63,676 bases of DNA, filler included, from Octopus bimaculoides (GCF_001194135.2; 9 parts of 8 records of this genome joined end to end with filler, not necessarily neighbours in it); one strand, 5' to 3'. Shown: positions 13,801 through 27,214, numbered from the whole stretch's first letter. The notes: generated by a model not told the origin, from the sequence alone. Translations and numbers: made by a program.

Positions 13801-14277
13801 CATCATAACCGCACTGCAATGACCGAAAGAAGTAAAAGGAGGTACAACCATAGTCTAGTGGATGAGAAATCCCTTACATAAGATAAGCTATTTTAGATGC
13901 CTTCTATCTTGCATCATAAATCTTTTATATGCTGACGTTGGGTCGTATATGACAAATAATGCCTACTTATATAAAGACACAAACGATTCTTTAATAATTG
14001 CTGCTTTAATTGCTCACGTGTGTTTTACACACATGATACTGAAGAGATGAAAATATGCACGTTTTTGCATGTGAACATGTGTTCTGTGTATGATAATGTT
14101 ACACAGATATTTTCACACAGTATCAGAGTGATCCTTTGTGCAACCAGGCTAGCTCATCGAATTACAAGTATCGTTCTTAATTCAATTTATTCTGCATGGA
14201 ATTGAACCTGATATTTTGTAATGGTGCAGCGACCATTTTAATTACTTACAAAACGCCGATATATCATAGATATGATT

Positions 14278-14600
14278 AGCATTCCGTCGGTTGCGACGAC
14301 GAGGGTTCCAGTTGATCCGATCAAAGGAACAACCTGCTCGTGCAATTAACGTGCAAGTGGCTGAGTATTCCACAGACACGTGTACCCTTAACATCGTTCT
14401 CATGGAGATTCAGCGTGACGCAGAATGTGGCAAAGCTGGACCTCGTGTAATAATACCACTACTACTCACATTTGCCAGCCGAGTGGACTGAAACAACGTG
14501 AAATAAAGTGTCTTGCTCAAGGGCACAACGCGTCGCCGGGAATTGAACTCACGAAGTTTCAATCACGAGCCGAATATCCTAACAACTGATCCAAGCGCAT
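14278..14600 (-). mobile_element. tRNA-derived SINE sharing its head with family C and its tail with family B
   Basis: The tail matches 30060-30160; the head matches 9930-10000. Confidence 0.7.
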
Positions 14601-14644
14601 TCCCAACGCCACAGACAAATAAATATGTAAGTTCAGTTTAGGAT

Positions 14645-14885
14645 CTTAGGACTCATAAGGCCATTTACTAGGTTTCCATGGCGTATAAGGGACCGAAACC
14701 ACAACATTCCACCTGAACAGACCGCCAGTTCATTGCATAGTTACTCATTCACAGGTGAGGGAATTGGAGTCGCAGGAAACGAAGTCGTTTGCTTCAGAAC
14801 ACAAAACACCGCCCAATAGAGGGATCGATACCACGATAAGGCAACCACGAGTGCAGCTTACTAATCACTAGACCATGCGCCTTCT
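14645..14885 (-). mobile_element. Degraded tRNA-derived SINE (family F)
   Basis: Similar to 18945-19186. Confidence 0.5.
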
Positions 14886-14916
14886 CAGGTTTTTACGTGT
14901 ATCTGTTTACACGCAT

Positions 14917-14956
<40 letters not shown>

Positions 14957-15071
14957 GCACACACACACATGTGCAACACAGACGAAGTCAACTTATGGCC
15001 GTGTTAGAGAAGTGACCGGTTTCATTACACGGTCAGAAGGTCTCTTTAATAGATTTGTCTGTTTTATGCAG

Positions 15072-15092
15072 CATCGTATGAGAATGATTTAA
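15072..15092 (+). CDS. Candidate 21-nt phase-1 microexon
   Basis: ttgtctgttttatgcag acceptor and gtaagc donor; reads (x)SYENDL. Confidence 0.3.
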   Translation, partial: HRMRMI

Positions 15093-15797
15093 GTAAGCTT
15101 TCTATTTTTTCGATTGCCGCCCATAATATTGATATTGCTAGGATTCTAACCAGATCGCGCGCGTGCGCGCACACACAGACACACACATATATATATAGAG
15201 ATAGATATATATATACATACATATATATACATACACACATATATATATACATATATATATCACACTCGTACACACATATATAGTTGGATAGATAGATAGA
15301 CATAATTATATATNNNNNNNNNNNNNNNNNNNNNNNNNNNNNNNNNNNNNNNNNNNNNNNNNNNNNNNNNNNNNNNNNNNNNNNNNNNNNNNNNNNNNNN
15401 NNNNNNNNNNNNNNNNNNNNNNNNNNNNNNNNNNNNNNNNNNNNNNNNNNNNNNNNNNNNNNNNNNNNNNNNNNNNNNNNNNNNNNNNNNNNNNNNNNNN
15501 NNNNNNNNNNNNNNNNNNNNNNNNNNNNNNNNNNNNNNNNNNNNNNNNNNNNNNNNNNNNNNNNNNNNNNNNNNNNNNNNNNNNNNNNNNNNNNNNNNNN
15601 NNNNNNNNNNNNNNNNNNNNNNNNNNNNNNNNNNNNNNNNNNNNNNNNNNNNNNNNNNNNNNNNNNNNNNNNNNNNNNNNNNNNNNNNNNNNNNNNNNNN
15701 NNNNNNNNNNNNNNNNNNNNNNNNNNNNNNNNNNNNNNNNNNNNNNNNNNNNNNNNNNNNNNNNNNNNNNNNNNNNNNNNNNNNNNNNNNNNNNNNN

Positions 15798-15844
<47 letters not shown>

Positions 15845-16892
15845 ACGTAATTATATACGTATATAAATATGTACATGTATATGCGTGTATATATATGGAT
15901 GTATATGTAAGTAAGTATATCTCTCTCTCTATATATATATGTGTGTGTGCGTGTGTGTGTCTGCGTGAGTGTGTGTGTGTGTGTGTGAGCGTGCGTGTGT
16001 TTACATTGCGATATCGGTTGTAATTCTCTAGCTCTACGTATCAGTGAACAAAGAAGTAATATTTTCTCTTAGATAATATTACGGTGAAAACTATGCCGAC
16101 GTCTACAATATCAAAATACTATGTTTTATGTTGCAGTTAAGTCAGGCTTTAATATTCCACCAAATCCTTTCTAATCGATCATATATACATATCGATCTCG
16201 GTTATTTAAATGACCACTTGTAAAATAATCCACTCGAGAGAAATGGCTTAATAAACGGATTACGAATAGATCCTGCATCTCCTTTGTCCAATAAGTGTAT
16301 CAATTGATCGATAAATGGTATTCCTTAATTATTGCACTACACCCGGTGTAGTTGTTATCCTGCAGATAATTGCACCTTTAATACATTCCTGTGGGGCAAT
16401 GTTTAAAGTGAAACTGCATGTGAAGAAGATAGGCGTTTGAATTATAGATACAATTAATTTTGTATTACAATGTTGTAATTAGTTTGGAACTGGATCTGGA
16501 AGCATATAAAGCTGTAAATTATAGTGTTTAAATATTGGGGTTCAAAAACCCTTTGTTGACTGAAAAAGTTTGCTGGAGACCTGGATTTGAATCCCACGGT
16601 TTAGCCTTCGATTTTTTTCTATTGAAAAAGGGATTTTCAACCCAATATTTACATGCTGTTGTTTATAGCTATATATGCTTCGAAATCCAGTTCTAAAGCA
16701 AATTATTTCACGTTCTCTGGAAAGTTTATAAGCTATTATAGTGTTATAATGTGTTAGTAGCTGAGTACACCCCAGACATTTGTACTCTGGGTAAATCGCT
16801 AGCAAATTGTCAAATTCTGTATTGACAAACGCATAACACGTCACGGTGGGCCCTGAAACAAAAAGGCCCTTGTAATTTCTTGCTTAGAAAAA

Positions 16893-17110
16893 AAGGTGGA
16901 AAGCTGGCAGAATCATTATTGTATCGGACAAAATGCCTAGTGGCATTTCTTCCGATTTTACGTTGAGTTGAAATACCGCCGGGGTGGTCGACTTCGCTTT
17001 TCATTCTTTCAGGGTCTATAAAATAAGTACCATTCGAGTACCTGGGTCGATGTAATCGATTCACCCCTCTCACTCCGAAATTGCTGGCCTTGTGCCAAAA
17101 TTTGAAAATA
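16893..17110 (+). mobile_element. SINE family D
   Basis: gctggcagaatc...aagtacc...ggccttgtgcc, as at 37248. Confidence 0.75.
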
Positions 17111-17780
17111 ATATCTTATTATAAAAACAACAACTTAATATATAGCCTTGTAAGTTCGTTTGCTATGCTGCTGCACTGGGGAAACATTTGTATAATCGAT
17201 TTGCTCTTGACTGATCTGAAAATGGCAAAAGAGACACCCAGAAAAGTTAGCAACGAATAGATTTATACATGTGGTTTGTCAAATGTAACTCTCGGAATAT
17301 TGACAGAGTGAAATGTCACCTTTTAGTAAGTAAATTAACATGTCCGTAGTGCAGTGTGTATTGTATTGTTACTATACTTCGTATTTTGTACATTTGCAAC
17401 ACTCTAGTGTAGAGAAATATATAAATAATAAATAAAAAGCACATGATGGATGATGTAATAGAAGTAACGTAAGCCAAAACAGATAGAAAATACATTAAAT
17501 ATTTGTTTAGTCACTCGCAGAGCAGAGTGTCACCTAGGAGGCATGTTGGTTCCATAACTCAGTGATCCGTAGATCGAATCTATGCTGTCTTTGATATTTA
17601 TACATAACAAGTGAATTGTCTACCAAGTAAAAAGGGATTAACTAAGAGTTTAGTTCGTTTTAAGAGTTTTAGTGATCACAGTTAAGACCATGCTGGAGCA
17701 AGGTTTTAGATATCTTCCTCGTTATTTTTTTATAGCCGATAGAGAATGATATAAGAGATTTAACTGATAAACTGATATTT

Positions 17781-17840
17781 CACGCAGGTCAAATGACCGT
17801 GACGCAGGTCAAATGACCGCGACGCAGGTCAAATGACTGT
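17781..17840. repeat. 3 x 20-bp tandem repeat gacgcaggtcaaatgaccgy
   Basis: Three units read directly. Confidence 0.9.
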
Positions 17841-18289
17841 GCAGAGGCAGAGATCCTGGGGTGGTCTCTGCCTACACCAGGGGAATTAAATAGGTTAAAG
17901 AGAGTTGTCCCTGTGATAGAATCTAAATAAGGATGACCATCAGGTGCGATTATTAGGTCCTTCGCTGCCAAACCCGATTCCCTATAACCGTGATTCTTAA
18001 TTTTGGGTGTTATTCATGTCAGCGGGTATTGTAAATTTAAATTAATCTTCATTTGACTTTGGATATCACTACAGAAAATTTAAAATCAGGAGTGCTGGTC
18101 AATCCAATTTGTTATCATATGGGTGCTCCGTAACAAATGGTTAATCGTATTAATTTCTCGAGCTCTACTGAGGGAGCATAATCCTGCACTTAACCAATTT
18201 AGACATTTTATGGCACCGTACCATGTAAGCAGCTTGTGCCACACGTTAAAGAACATAAACACAAAATATAACAACTGAGTTGATATTGA

Positions 18290-18700
18290 TTTCAAATTTT
18301 GGCTATTTTGACGGAGGCTTAGTCAATTACATCAACCCCAGTACTCAACTGGTACTTATTTTATCGACCCTGAAAGGATGAAAAGCAAAGTCGACCTAAG
18401 CGAAATTTGAACTCAGAATGTGAGGACGGACGAAATGCTGCTAAGTATTTGCCCGGCGTGCTAAAGATTCTGACAGCTCAACATCAGAAGCTGAGTTAAT
18501 ATTGATTTCAAATTTTGGCACAAGGCCAGCAATTTCAGGGAGAGAGTTAGTCGATAACATCGACCCTAGTGTTCGACTGTTATTTATTTTATCGACTCCG
18601 ATAGGATGAAAGGAAAAGTCAACCTTGGTGGAATTTGAAATCAGAACGTAAAGATCGACGAAATGCTGCTAAGCATTTTGCCCAGCATGCTAGCGAGAGC
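18290..18700 (-). mobile_element. Two tandem SINE family D copies
   Basis: tattgatttcaaattttgg...aaatgctgctaag occurs twice. Confidence 0.8.
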
Positions 18701-18714
18701 TAGACGCAGTGTGC

Positions 18715-19620
18715 AGATGATGACTATATAAATAGACACAGTTTGTAGATGTTGACTATATAGATAGACATTGTATGTAGATGTTGACTGTATAGAAAGA
18801 CAATCTGTAAATGCGGACTGTAGAAGAAGACACAGTGTGGGGATGTTGGTGGACTGGATAGATACGCCCAGCGTGTGGATGTTGACTCTTAAAACAAATG
18901 CTTTTGGAGTCAGCGTCATTATCCACCCTTCAGCGTTACTATCTCGAATCCTAGGACTCACAGGGCCAGTTACCCGGTTTCCGTGTAGTACATGTGACCA
19001 TGATCACAACATTTGCCCTGTACGAAAGGCCATCTCGTCACAGGGTTACTCATTTTACAGCCGTGTGAACTGGAGTAACGTGAAATGACGCGTTTTGCTC
19101 CAAGAACACAACGCACCGCCCGGTCCGAGAATCGAAACCACGACCTTGTGACCGTGTGTGCAGCATCCAAACCATGCACCTTCACCTAGTCCACTCGACT
19201 TCGATGTGTAGATGCTGAGCAGATATACAGGCAAAGTTAATGTTTACAGGATGGATAGACATGATTTATAGCTGATTGGACAGACTGATACGCTCTATAA
19301 ATGTTGACTGCTTCGACAAACAATGTGCAAATGTAAGCATGCTTGATAGCTGCTGTATATAGATGTTGACTGGAAAGATAAACACGTTGCAGAGATGTCG
19401 ACTAAAATGATAGAGAAGAGGTGTAACGTTGATTGGAAAGACACAGTTTGAAAATGTTGATGGAATAGATATGTTACTATCAGCGTATGTTGGTTATGTG
19501 GTAGACGCCGTCTACAGCTATCGACCTGCATGGAAACTCTGTGAAAGCCTGAAAGATATTCTTCGGAAAGACAGCTTTGAGATGTCTTCTGGAACACAAA
19601 CTGACATAATAGATAATGCA
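18715..19620. repeat. Degenerate ~31-bp minisatellite interrupted by a SINE
   Basis: Recurrent gatgttgactgtatagatagacacag-like units on both sides of 18945-19186. Confidence 0.55.
18945..19186 (-). mobile_element. tRNA-derived SINE (family F)
   Basis: Head gtgaaggtgcatgg...ggtttcgattctcggacc with a B-box-like motif. Confidence 0.65.
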
Positions 19621-20449
19621 GCCTGATGCAGATTTGCACATACATACATACATACATACTTACATACATGCATACATGCATGTATGTACGTATTTGTTTG
19701 TGTGTATGTATATACATGTGTATGTTTGTGTATATATATAGATATAATAGATCATATATGTATACATTGACATAAATACATATATACATACATACACACA
19801 CACTTATATACATATGTACATATATCATCATCCTTGTCATCATTTAACGTTCATGTTCCATGTTGGCATCGGTTGGATATATATACATATGCGTACACAA
19901 ACAGTGGGATATCAAGAGAGAGAGAGAGAGAGGGGGAGGGTGGAGAGTGAGAGAGGGGAGAGAGAGAGGGGGAGGGTGGAGAGTGAGAGAGNNNNNNNNN
20001 NNNNNNNNNNNNNNNNNNNNNNNNNNNNNNNNNNNNNNNNNNNNNNNNNNNNNNNNNNNNNNNNNNNNNNNNNNNNNNNNNNNNNNNNNNNNNNNNNNNN
20101 NNNNNNNNNNNNNNNNNNNNNNNNNNNNNNNNNNNNNNNNNNNNNNNNNNNNNNNNNNNNNNNNNNNNNNNNNNNNNNNNNNNNNNNNNNNNNNNNNNNN
20201 NNNNNNNNNNNNNNNNNNNNNNNNNNNNNNNNNNNNNNNNNNNNNNNNNNNNNNNNNNNNNNNNNNNTATATATGTGTGTGTGTATATATATATAAATAT
20301 ATATATATACTCAACCTATAAGGTGAAGTCGATAGACAGAGCTTGTGGTTTTTATATACACACATTTCTTAATATCATCTAAATATAACTTGCAGATGTT
20401 TTAATTGGACAAACACGTTTATACACATACATACACACACTCTTTCTCT

Positions 20450-20488
<39 letters not shown>

Positions 20489-21000
20489 TATACATAAATA
20501 TAAAAGAATAGAGACAGAAAATGGAATTCACAAAACTTTTTATTCAGAACCACCACGATCGTTTCGACTCATCACGAACCCATACCTTACAAGTGAGATG
20601 TTGTACAATCATTTCTCTTGCATTATAGGTACAAATGCCTCTCCTCAGGTGACTTTTCATAAAGTAGCTCGTTTTTTACTTGTCTTTCTCCTATTTCTGT
20701 AATAACACATTTTTAGTTAGTATAGCATTCTTTCCGTCTCCATGAAGAACTGAGACAGAATAAGAGAAGCCTTCTCGTGCTAGGATTAACACCATCAACC
20801 TATAAAAGTATACAAGGATAAGAGAATAAGGAATCAAAAAATCTAATAAGAATTAAATAAAATGGAATACATCAATAACAGACCAATTTAATAAAAACAA
20901 AAACAAATGTATTTGAGATCTGAATAGAATAAAACAAAAGAAAAAAATCGGACATTTATATAGAACTTTACATTTCTTCAGAACAAATAGGTAGGCATCA

Positions 21001-21047
<47 letters not shown>

Positions 21048-21414
21048 TACATATATATATATATATANNNNNNNNNNNNNNNNNNNNNNNNNNNNNNNNN
21101 NNNNNNNNNNNTTAATTAATTAANNNNNNNNNNNNNNNNNNNNNNNNNNNNNNNNNNNNNNNNNNNNCTAGTCTGCAGATGCCAAACCAGCAAGGGGAAG
21201 CTGCTGACTTCCCCTGTTCGAAGGTTATAAAGGACACAGGTTTCGTGTGTCACATAGCTAGCTAGAGGCGATGGCTTCTTGGAGCTAATTCATGGCAGCT
21301 TTCGTCCTAATTTTGGGACTGCCATGTTGGCTTGGCGATAACTATTAATTTCCAGTACCGCTGCCGTAGTCTCCTTTAGAGAGACTTAGAAATATTAATA
21401 CCTATATATATATA

Positions 21415-22606
21415 TAAGATCATTAAGAATGAAATGTCCCATTTTCTTATGCACCAAGTTTGACAGTCGTTAGCTCTAATGTTTTATCCTGACAATTCTT
21501 TGTTTTACAACTTTTCTAAATGCAATTCATGGTATCTGATTATATTGGGAGTTTTCTCTTGTAAATTAATTTTTGTAAACCCATGGATAGATCATGAATT
21601 CGTGCTGTTTATGAATGAGTTCCGTCGTGGAACCAATGCATCCCAGACAGCTCGAAACATCAATGAGGTTTTTGATGAAGATGTGGCGAATGAGTGCACT
21701 GTACGTCGATGATTTGGGAAGATCCGGTCTGGTAACTTTACTCTTGAAAATCAACCCTGTGGCAGACCTGAGACCAAGGTGGATGATGATGAGCTGGAGA
21801 CTGCAGTGGAAGCAGATACATTTCAAACTACGCGTGAGTTAGCAGCAAGGTTTGATGTTTCGATTCCAACTGTATTGGACCATCTGAAATGGATCAACAA
21901 GGTAAAGAAGCTGGACAAGTGGGTTTGGTGTTCTTTGTTGTCACAGCATAAAAGCGAACCCTTTTTGCATCGTATTGTTACGCGTGATGAAAAATGGATT
22001 CTTTTCAACAATAGCAAGCGTTCTGCACAGCGGTTGGATAGAGACGATGTGCCAAAACACAATCCAAAAAAGAATATTCACCAAGAAAAGCTAATGGTAC
22101 CATCCACTACAGCTTCATGAGACTAGATAGATCAGTTACAGTGGATGTATACATCAACCATCTGAATGAAATGATGAGTGAACTTGCAATTAAACGACCG
22201 AGATTGGTCAATAGAGATAGACCAATTCTCTTGCAAGACAATGCTCGACCACATGTTGCACAAAGAACGCTACTCAAGTTACAGGAACTGAACTTGGAAG
22301 TACTCTGTCATCTACCATATTCGCCAGACCTTGCACCAACTGGCTATCTCGTTTTCCAGACATTAGACAATTTTTTTGCAAGGAAAAATCTTCAAATCTG
22401 AAGAAGATGCAAAAACATCTTTTGTTATTTCATCACCTCTTGCTCTCCAGAATTCTTCGCTGCTGACATAAATAAGCTACCGATAAAATAGCAAAACTGT
22501 GTTGATAATTTAGGTGTATACTTTGATTAACTGCATTGCTTTTTGTTGAGATAAAGTAAAATAATCTTTCAGTTCAAAGTTGGACATTTCATTCTTAATG
22601 ACCTGA
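21415..22606 (+). mobile_element. Mariner transposon (Hsmar1/cecropia-like), defective
   Basis: About 27-bp TIRs (taagatcattaagaatgaaatgtcc / ggacatttcattcttaatgacctga) in TA context; HTH, TRDEKW, LQDNARPH and YSPDLAPT motifs; frameshifts and internal deletions; third Asp appears changed to Gly. Confidence 0.92.
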
Positions 22607-22639
22607 CATATATATTGCACCAATAGAACACTAGAATTA

Positions 22640-23780
22640 TATAAGAAGAAACTATATAGTTTTTTAAAAAGAAATAGATTAAGTATTACTATATATAATG
22701 AGAACTATAATGTTAATTATTTAGATGCTAATTTTAATTTAATAACAGGTAAAACCCAACCATTCCATAAAATTAATAAAAACCTTAGATATATTAATGC
22801 TAATAGTAATCATCCACCCTCAATTAAGAAATCGTTGACAGATAATATAGGTAAAAGAATATCGTTGCTTTCTTCTAATTTTGAGATTTCCAAAAGCACA
22901 CACCTTATTATAATGAAGCCCCACGGGAGGCGAGATATAATGATATTAAATTCTTTAATAATTCTAAATATAATTATAATATAAAAGATTATAATATAAA
23001 TGATTCCTATATTTTTTATAATAATAAACCTAACATTAAGAATTATGATAAGTTTTATTTAGGTAATTATGGTTAATAATTGGTTAATTATTCCTTATGG
23101 AGTTCAAGTTAAAACAAACATTATTAAAGAGATTTTAAATATAATTGAGGTATTCATTAGAGATAATAAAAAAATATAACATCATTTCTAGTAATAATTT
23201 GGGAATTGGTTATTCTACTACTAATAATGTTGGTAACATTATTTCTTCTTTTAATAAATTTAAGCTGAATAAGTTTTACAAAAACAAATCAAATAATTAT
23301 TCCAATAGTAATAATAAAAACCAGAATATAATTAATTGTACATGTAGAGATAAAATTAAATGTAAATTTAATAATAACTGTAATTTGGAGGATGTAGTAT
23401 GTAAATCTGTAGTGACTTTGATTGATGATAATAATAGGAATGGTTATAATTTAAATACTATTTACATAGGGTCGACTTCTAATAAAATTAAATTAAGGGT
23501 GGCTCAACATATGAATTCTTTTAAGAATAGAAATTTAATTAATTCTATTAGCCTTAGTAAATATATATGGGAACTAAAATCTAAAGATATTAAGTACAAT
23601 TTAAATTGGGAGATAGTTTGTAAGGCAAAATCTTATCGAATAGGTAGTAATTTTTGTTTATGTACTAATGAATTCAAGGAGATATTATTAACTAATAATA
23701 AAAAATTAATTAATTCCCTAGATGAACGAAAAATTAAATGCAGACATAAGTTAAATCACTTATATAATAATTTTAGCTAA
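22640..23780 (+). mobile_element. 5'-truncated Penelope-like retroelement: RT thumb, linker and GIY-YIG endonuclease
   Basis: YLDANFNL...RYINANSNHPPSI, PYYNEA and WLIIPY..VKTNI, then CTCR..C...C, IYIGST...KLRVAQHMNSF, LSKYIWELK and LC..E; frameshifted and extremely AT-rich. Confidence 0.85.
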
Positions 23781-23782
23781 TT

Positions 23783-23827
<45 letters not shown>

Positions 23828-24399
23828 TATTTTATGTTACTAATTGTTGTAGTTATAATTTGTAGTAGTAAAAATGTGTATAAATTAGCACGAGATTATA
23901 TAGGACATACTACATATTTAGAATAAGATTAAACTAAGACGTTTATAAAATAAATGAATTAATTAATGAAAATAGATTAAATTATAGAAATTTAGCTTCA
24001 TTTATGTATATTATATATTTTACGTATCTTAGTTTTAAATTATTTAGACTTTAAAATTTTCCAGTAAATGCTATACTACTGTTAATTTTTTCTTATTCTC
24101 ACAGCTAAAATACATTTAATCATTTTAACAGCTTAAATACATATTTCTAAATACATATTTCTATCTATTCATTCTATAATTTTTATTTACGCCATATTTT
24201 CACGCGATATATTTCTTATAAATGCTAAGTTCTATGTATTACGTTTAAAATTTTAGCTTAACAGATATTCTTCGATAAGATAAGTTACAGTTTTATTTTA
24301 AATAATATTGTTAAATGTTTTTTGATTATTTACTGTAAAAACAAGTATTTTTCTATATTATTTGATATTTATTATAAGTTAAGATGCGTACATTGATTT

Positions 24400-24528
<129 letters not shown>

Positions 24529-24588
24529 TCTCGTTCATAGTTTACGTTTGGTTTCTGAAATTTTGAATTTTCAATCACCTTTTGGTTT

Positions 24589-24627
24589 GAACTTGAGAAA
24601 GACAGACGTTCTGTCGAAATATTGTTC
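24589..24627 (+). ncRNA. Minimal type I hammerhead motif with U3-A8 covariant core
   Basis: GAAC-UUGAGAA-a-GACAG(acguu)CUGUC-GAA-AUAU-U-GUUC. Confidence 0.65.
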
Positions 24628-24666
24628 AAAGAATAAAACATCTAAAATCGCACTCTTCGTCTTGAC

Positions 24667-24741
<75 letters not shown>

Positions 24742-24752
24742 CATTATCATTT

Positions 24753-24871
24753 TAGACCTGAAGATGATCTATATTTTTAAGTAGAATTAATTTTAGATTG
24801 ATTTAATTTTAAATCAGATTGATTTTATTATCAACTATTTGAAAATATAGCCACGAAACACTCATAGTCTA
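24753..24871 (+). ncRNA. Degenerate type I hammerhead-like motif with long domain II
   Basis: UAGAC-CUGAAGA...c-GAAAC..UA-GUCUA; helix I is perfect, helices II and III are poor. Confidence 0.4.
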
Positions 24872-25014
24872 TTTAATACCATTTACTATTTATTGTTTTA
24901 TGTACTTTATTGATTTTTAGAATAAGGTTTTTATAGTATATTTATTTTTCTAGATGGTATGAATAATGTTTTTCCTTATTGAATTAATTAATAGAGGTTT
25001 TTTCTCTAAATTAT

Positions 25015-25049
<35 letters not shown>

Positions 25050-25928
25050 TTCTTTACTCGTTTATTAATTGTTCTTATCTTATGTCTTGAAATCTTTCAT
25101 CACATACCTGTGACCTCTTCAGCGACCCTTTCCATCCCTATGTATCTTCCTGTTCCACCTAGTCCAATCTGTCTTTCTATGATGTGTATCCTTATCTGCA
25201 CATATTTTGTGTCTGTATCTGTGTGTGTGTGTTTGCATATGCATGTCAATATGTTTTGCATGTGTACTTGTGTGTGTGTATATGGGCTTGCCCACTACAG
25301 TGTTTGTATCTGTGCCCTTTTGTTGTTTTTACTATTATTGTTGTTGTTCTTAGTGGTACCAATACTTAGTATGCTGGTTCTCCCCTCACTTACATTTTCT
25401 CTTCTATTGCTGCTGCTGCTCTTGACCCTTATTTTGATATTGTTCTTGTATCTTTTTAGGTACGTTGATGATTTTAGAAGTTCCGTTCTGGTGACTTTAC
25501 TCTTGAAAATCAACCCTGTGCCATCGTGGTTGTTGTTATTGTTATTCATGTTGTTGATGGTGCGGCCATTTGTGAAGTTATTGTATGTGTATTTGTGTGT
25601 GTATCTGTGCCTTTTATATAGATTTTTTGTTTACTTATTTATGTTCATTTCTTATATTTCATCATAGGTATGTGCATGTTTATCTTTTGTGTGTGTACAA
25701 TACTGTTTGCATCTGTGTCTTTTTGTTCTCACTTGTGTCTTTAGTCGTCCTGTTGTGTGGTGTGGTAATGGTGGGTGTTATTGTTCCATTTGTGTTTTCT
25801 GTTGAGGCTTGGTCTATCTGTGTGTGGCCTCTATAATCTATCTAAGTTTTGTGTCTGTTCTCTGTATTGATAATACCTTAACCTCTATTATTAACTGAGC
25901 CTCTATGTTCTACTTACAATGTGTGTAT

Positions 25929-25977
<49 letters not shown>

Positions 25978-25990
25978 GTGATATTGCTAT

Positions 25991-26376
25991 CTAGTCTGAC
26001 AATTTACTCTTTGGATCATTATTTTCATCTTGTGTATTCATTCTGTGAATAATGTAAAGTCTTAGTTTGTATAGAAAGAACAAGATTGTATGAACTAATG
26101 GAAGGCCAACAAATAACAAGAGCAAAATGAAAGGTATTGCAACTGATGGATGATTCCAATCTGTGAAGAAATAAATAACTCGAGTATTTTTTGTTGTTGT
26201 TCCACCACTGAAGAAATAGATGAGTGAAAATATTATGTAGATGAGAAAAGCAATAATGTCTTGCCAGACATGATAAATACGAAATGGTTTGGCTGTTATG
26301 AATATGTTCAACAAAATATAGATGCTGTTTAAGGCATGTTCCATTACATTCAGGTACATATATCTGCCGTTGCTTC
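25991..26376 (-). CDS. Terminal coding exon of a rolling stone-like multi-pass membrane protein
   Basis: tttttcttttactttctag acceptor (phase 1); YLNVMEHALNS...KPFRIYH...YIIFSLIYFFSGGT...IYFFTDWNHP...LVHTILFFLYKLR matches the rolling stone family C-terminal pattern; TAG at 25991-25993. Confidence 0.8.
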
Positions 26377-26485
26377 CTAGAAAGTAAAAGAAAAAGATTT
26401 AAACAAAAACAGCAACAAAAACAAAAGAATATCAAACAGCAATAGCACAAATTACAATTTTATTATAATTTTATTGATAAAGGTG

Positions 26486-26650
26486 ACAAGCAAAATGCCT
26501 AGTGGCATTTCATCCGTTCTTACGTTCTGAGTTCAAATTCCACTGAGAATGACTTTGCTTTTTATCCTTTCTGAGTTGAGTACTGGAGTCAATGTAATTG
26601 ACTTAAGTCCTCCCCCAAAATTTCAGGCCTTATGCCTATAGCAGAGAGGA
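26486..26650 (+). mobile_element. SINE family D, partial
   Basis: aaaatgcctagtggcatttc...gagttcaaattcc...ggccttatgcc. Confidence 0.7.
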
Positions 26651-27126
26651 GTAACATTTTATTGATAATTATCAATAAAATAATTAAAGCAGCTGAGCAG
26701 CTGACAAATAATACAATTGTACTTATTCAGAGAGTACTTTGTAAAAGTAAAACTTGACATGATAGAAGAAAACTGACTGATTTTCAAATCAGCATGTCAA
26801 TTTTAGTCTCATTCAAGTGAAAAAACAAGCTCAATTTGTGTTGTGTCAGATATTGATTATAGACACAATAATTATGATTTTACTTTTACAAATTTCAAAA
26901 AGAATGAGTACTACAGAAATATTTACTAAATTAAAACAATCTTAAAACAGATTCCTCAGTTGTATACTTGTAATAAATACATGTTATCAATAACAATGGG
27001 TAACTGCATTACTTGATACTTACAGCCGTGGAAAAATAAATAACACTTTGATTAGTAATAGTAGCCAATGGAAATAAATCCAATAAGATTAAAGTGTGTG
27101 TGCGTGCGTGTGTGTGTGTGTGTGCA

Positions 27127-27214
<88 letters not shown>

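Noticed and set aside
16366-16407. Possible 42-nt microexon
   Set aside because: The donor (gtgaaa) is weak and the phase-1 frame contains a stop.
16542-16844. 100-aa ORF in unique sequence
   Set aside because: No recognisable motif, no ATG start and no convincing splice signals.
18715-19620. Regularly spaced short repeats suggestive of CRISPR
   Set aside because: Eukaryotic context, degenerate contiguous units with no unique spacers, and no cas genes.
21285-21330. Hairpin with GTCC/GGAC-GAAA on the minus strand
   Set aside because: It resembles hammerhead helix II, but the core position reads CATGGCA.
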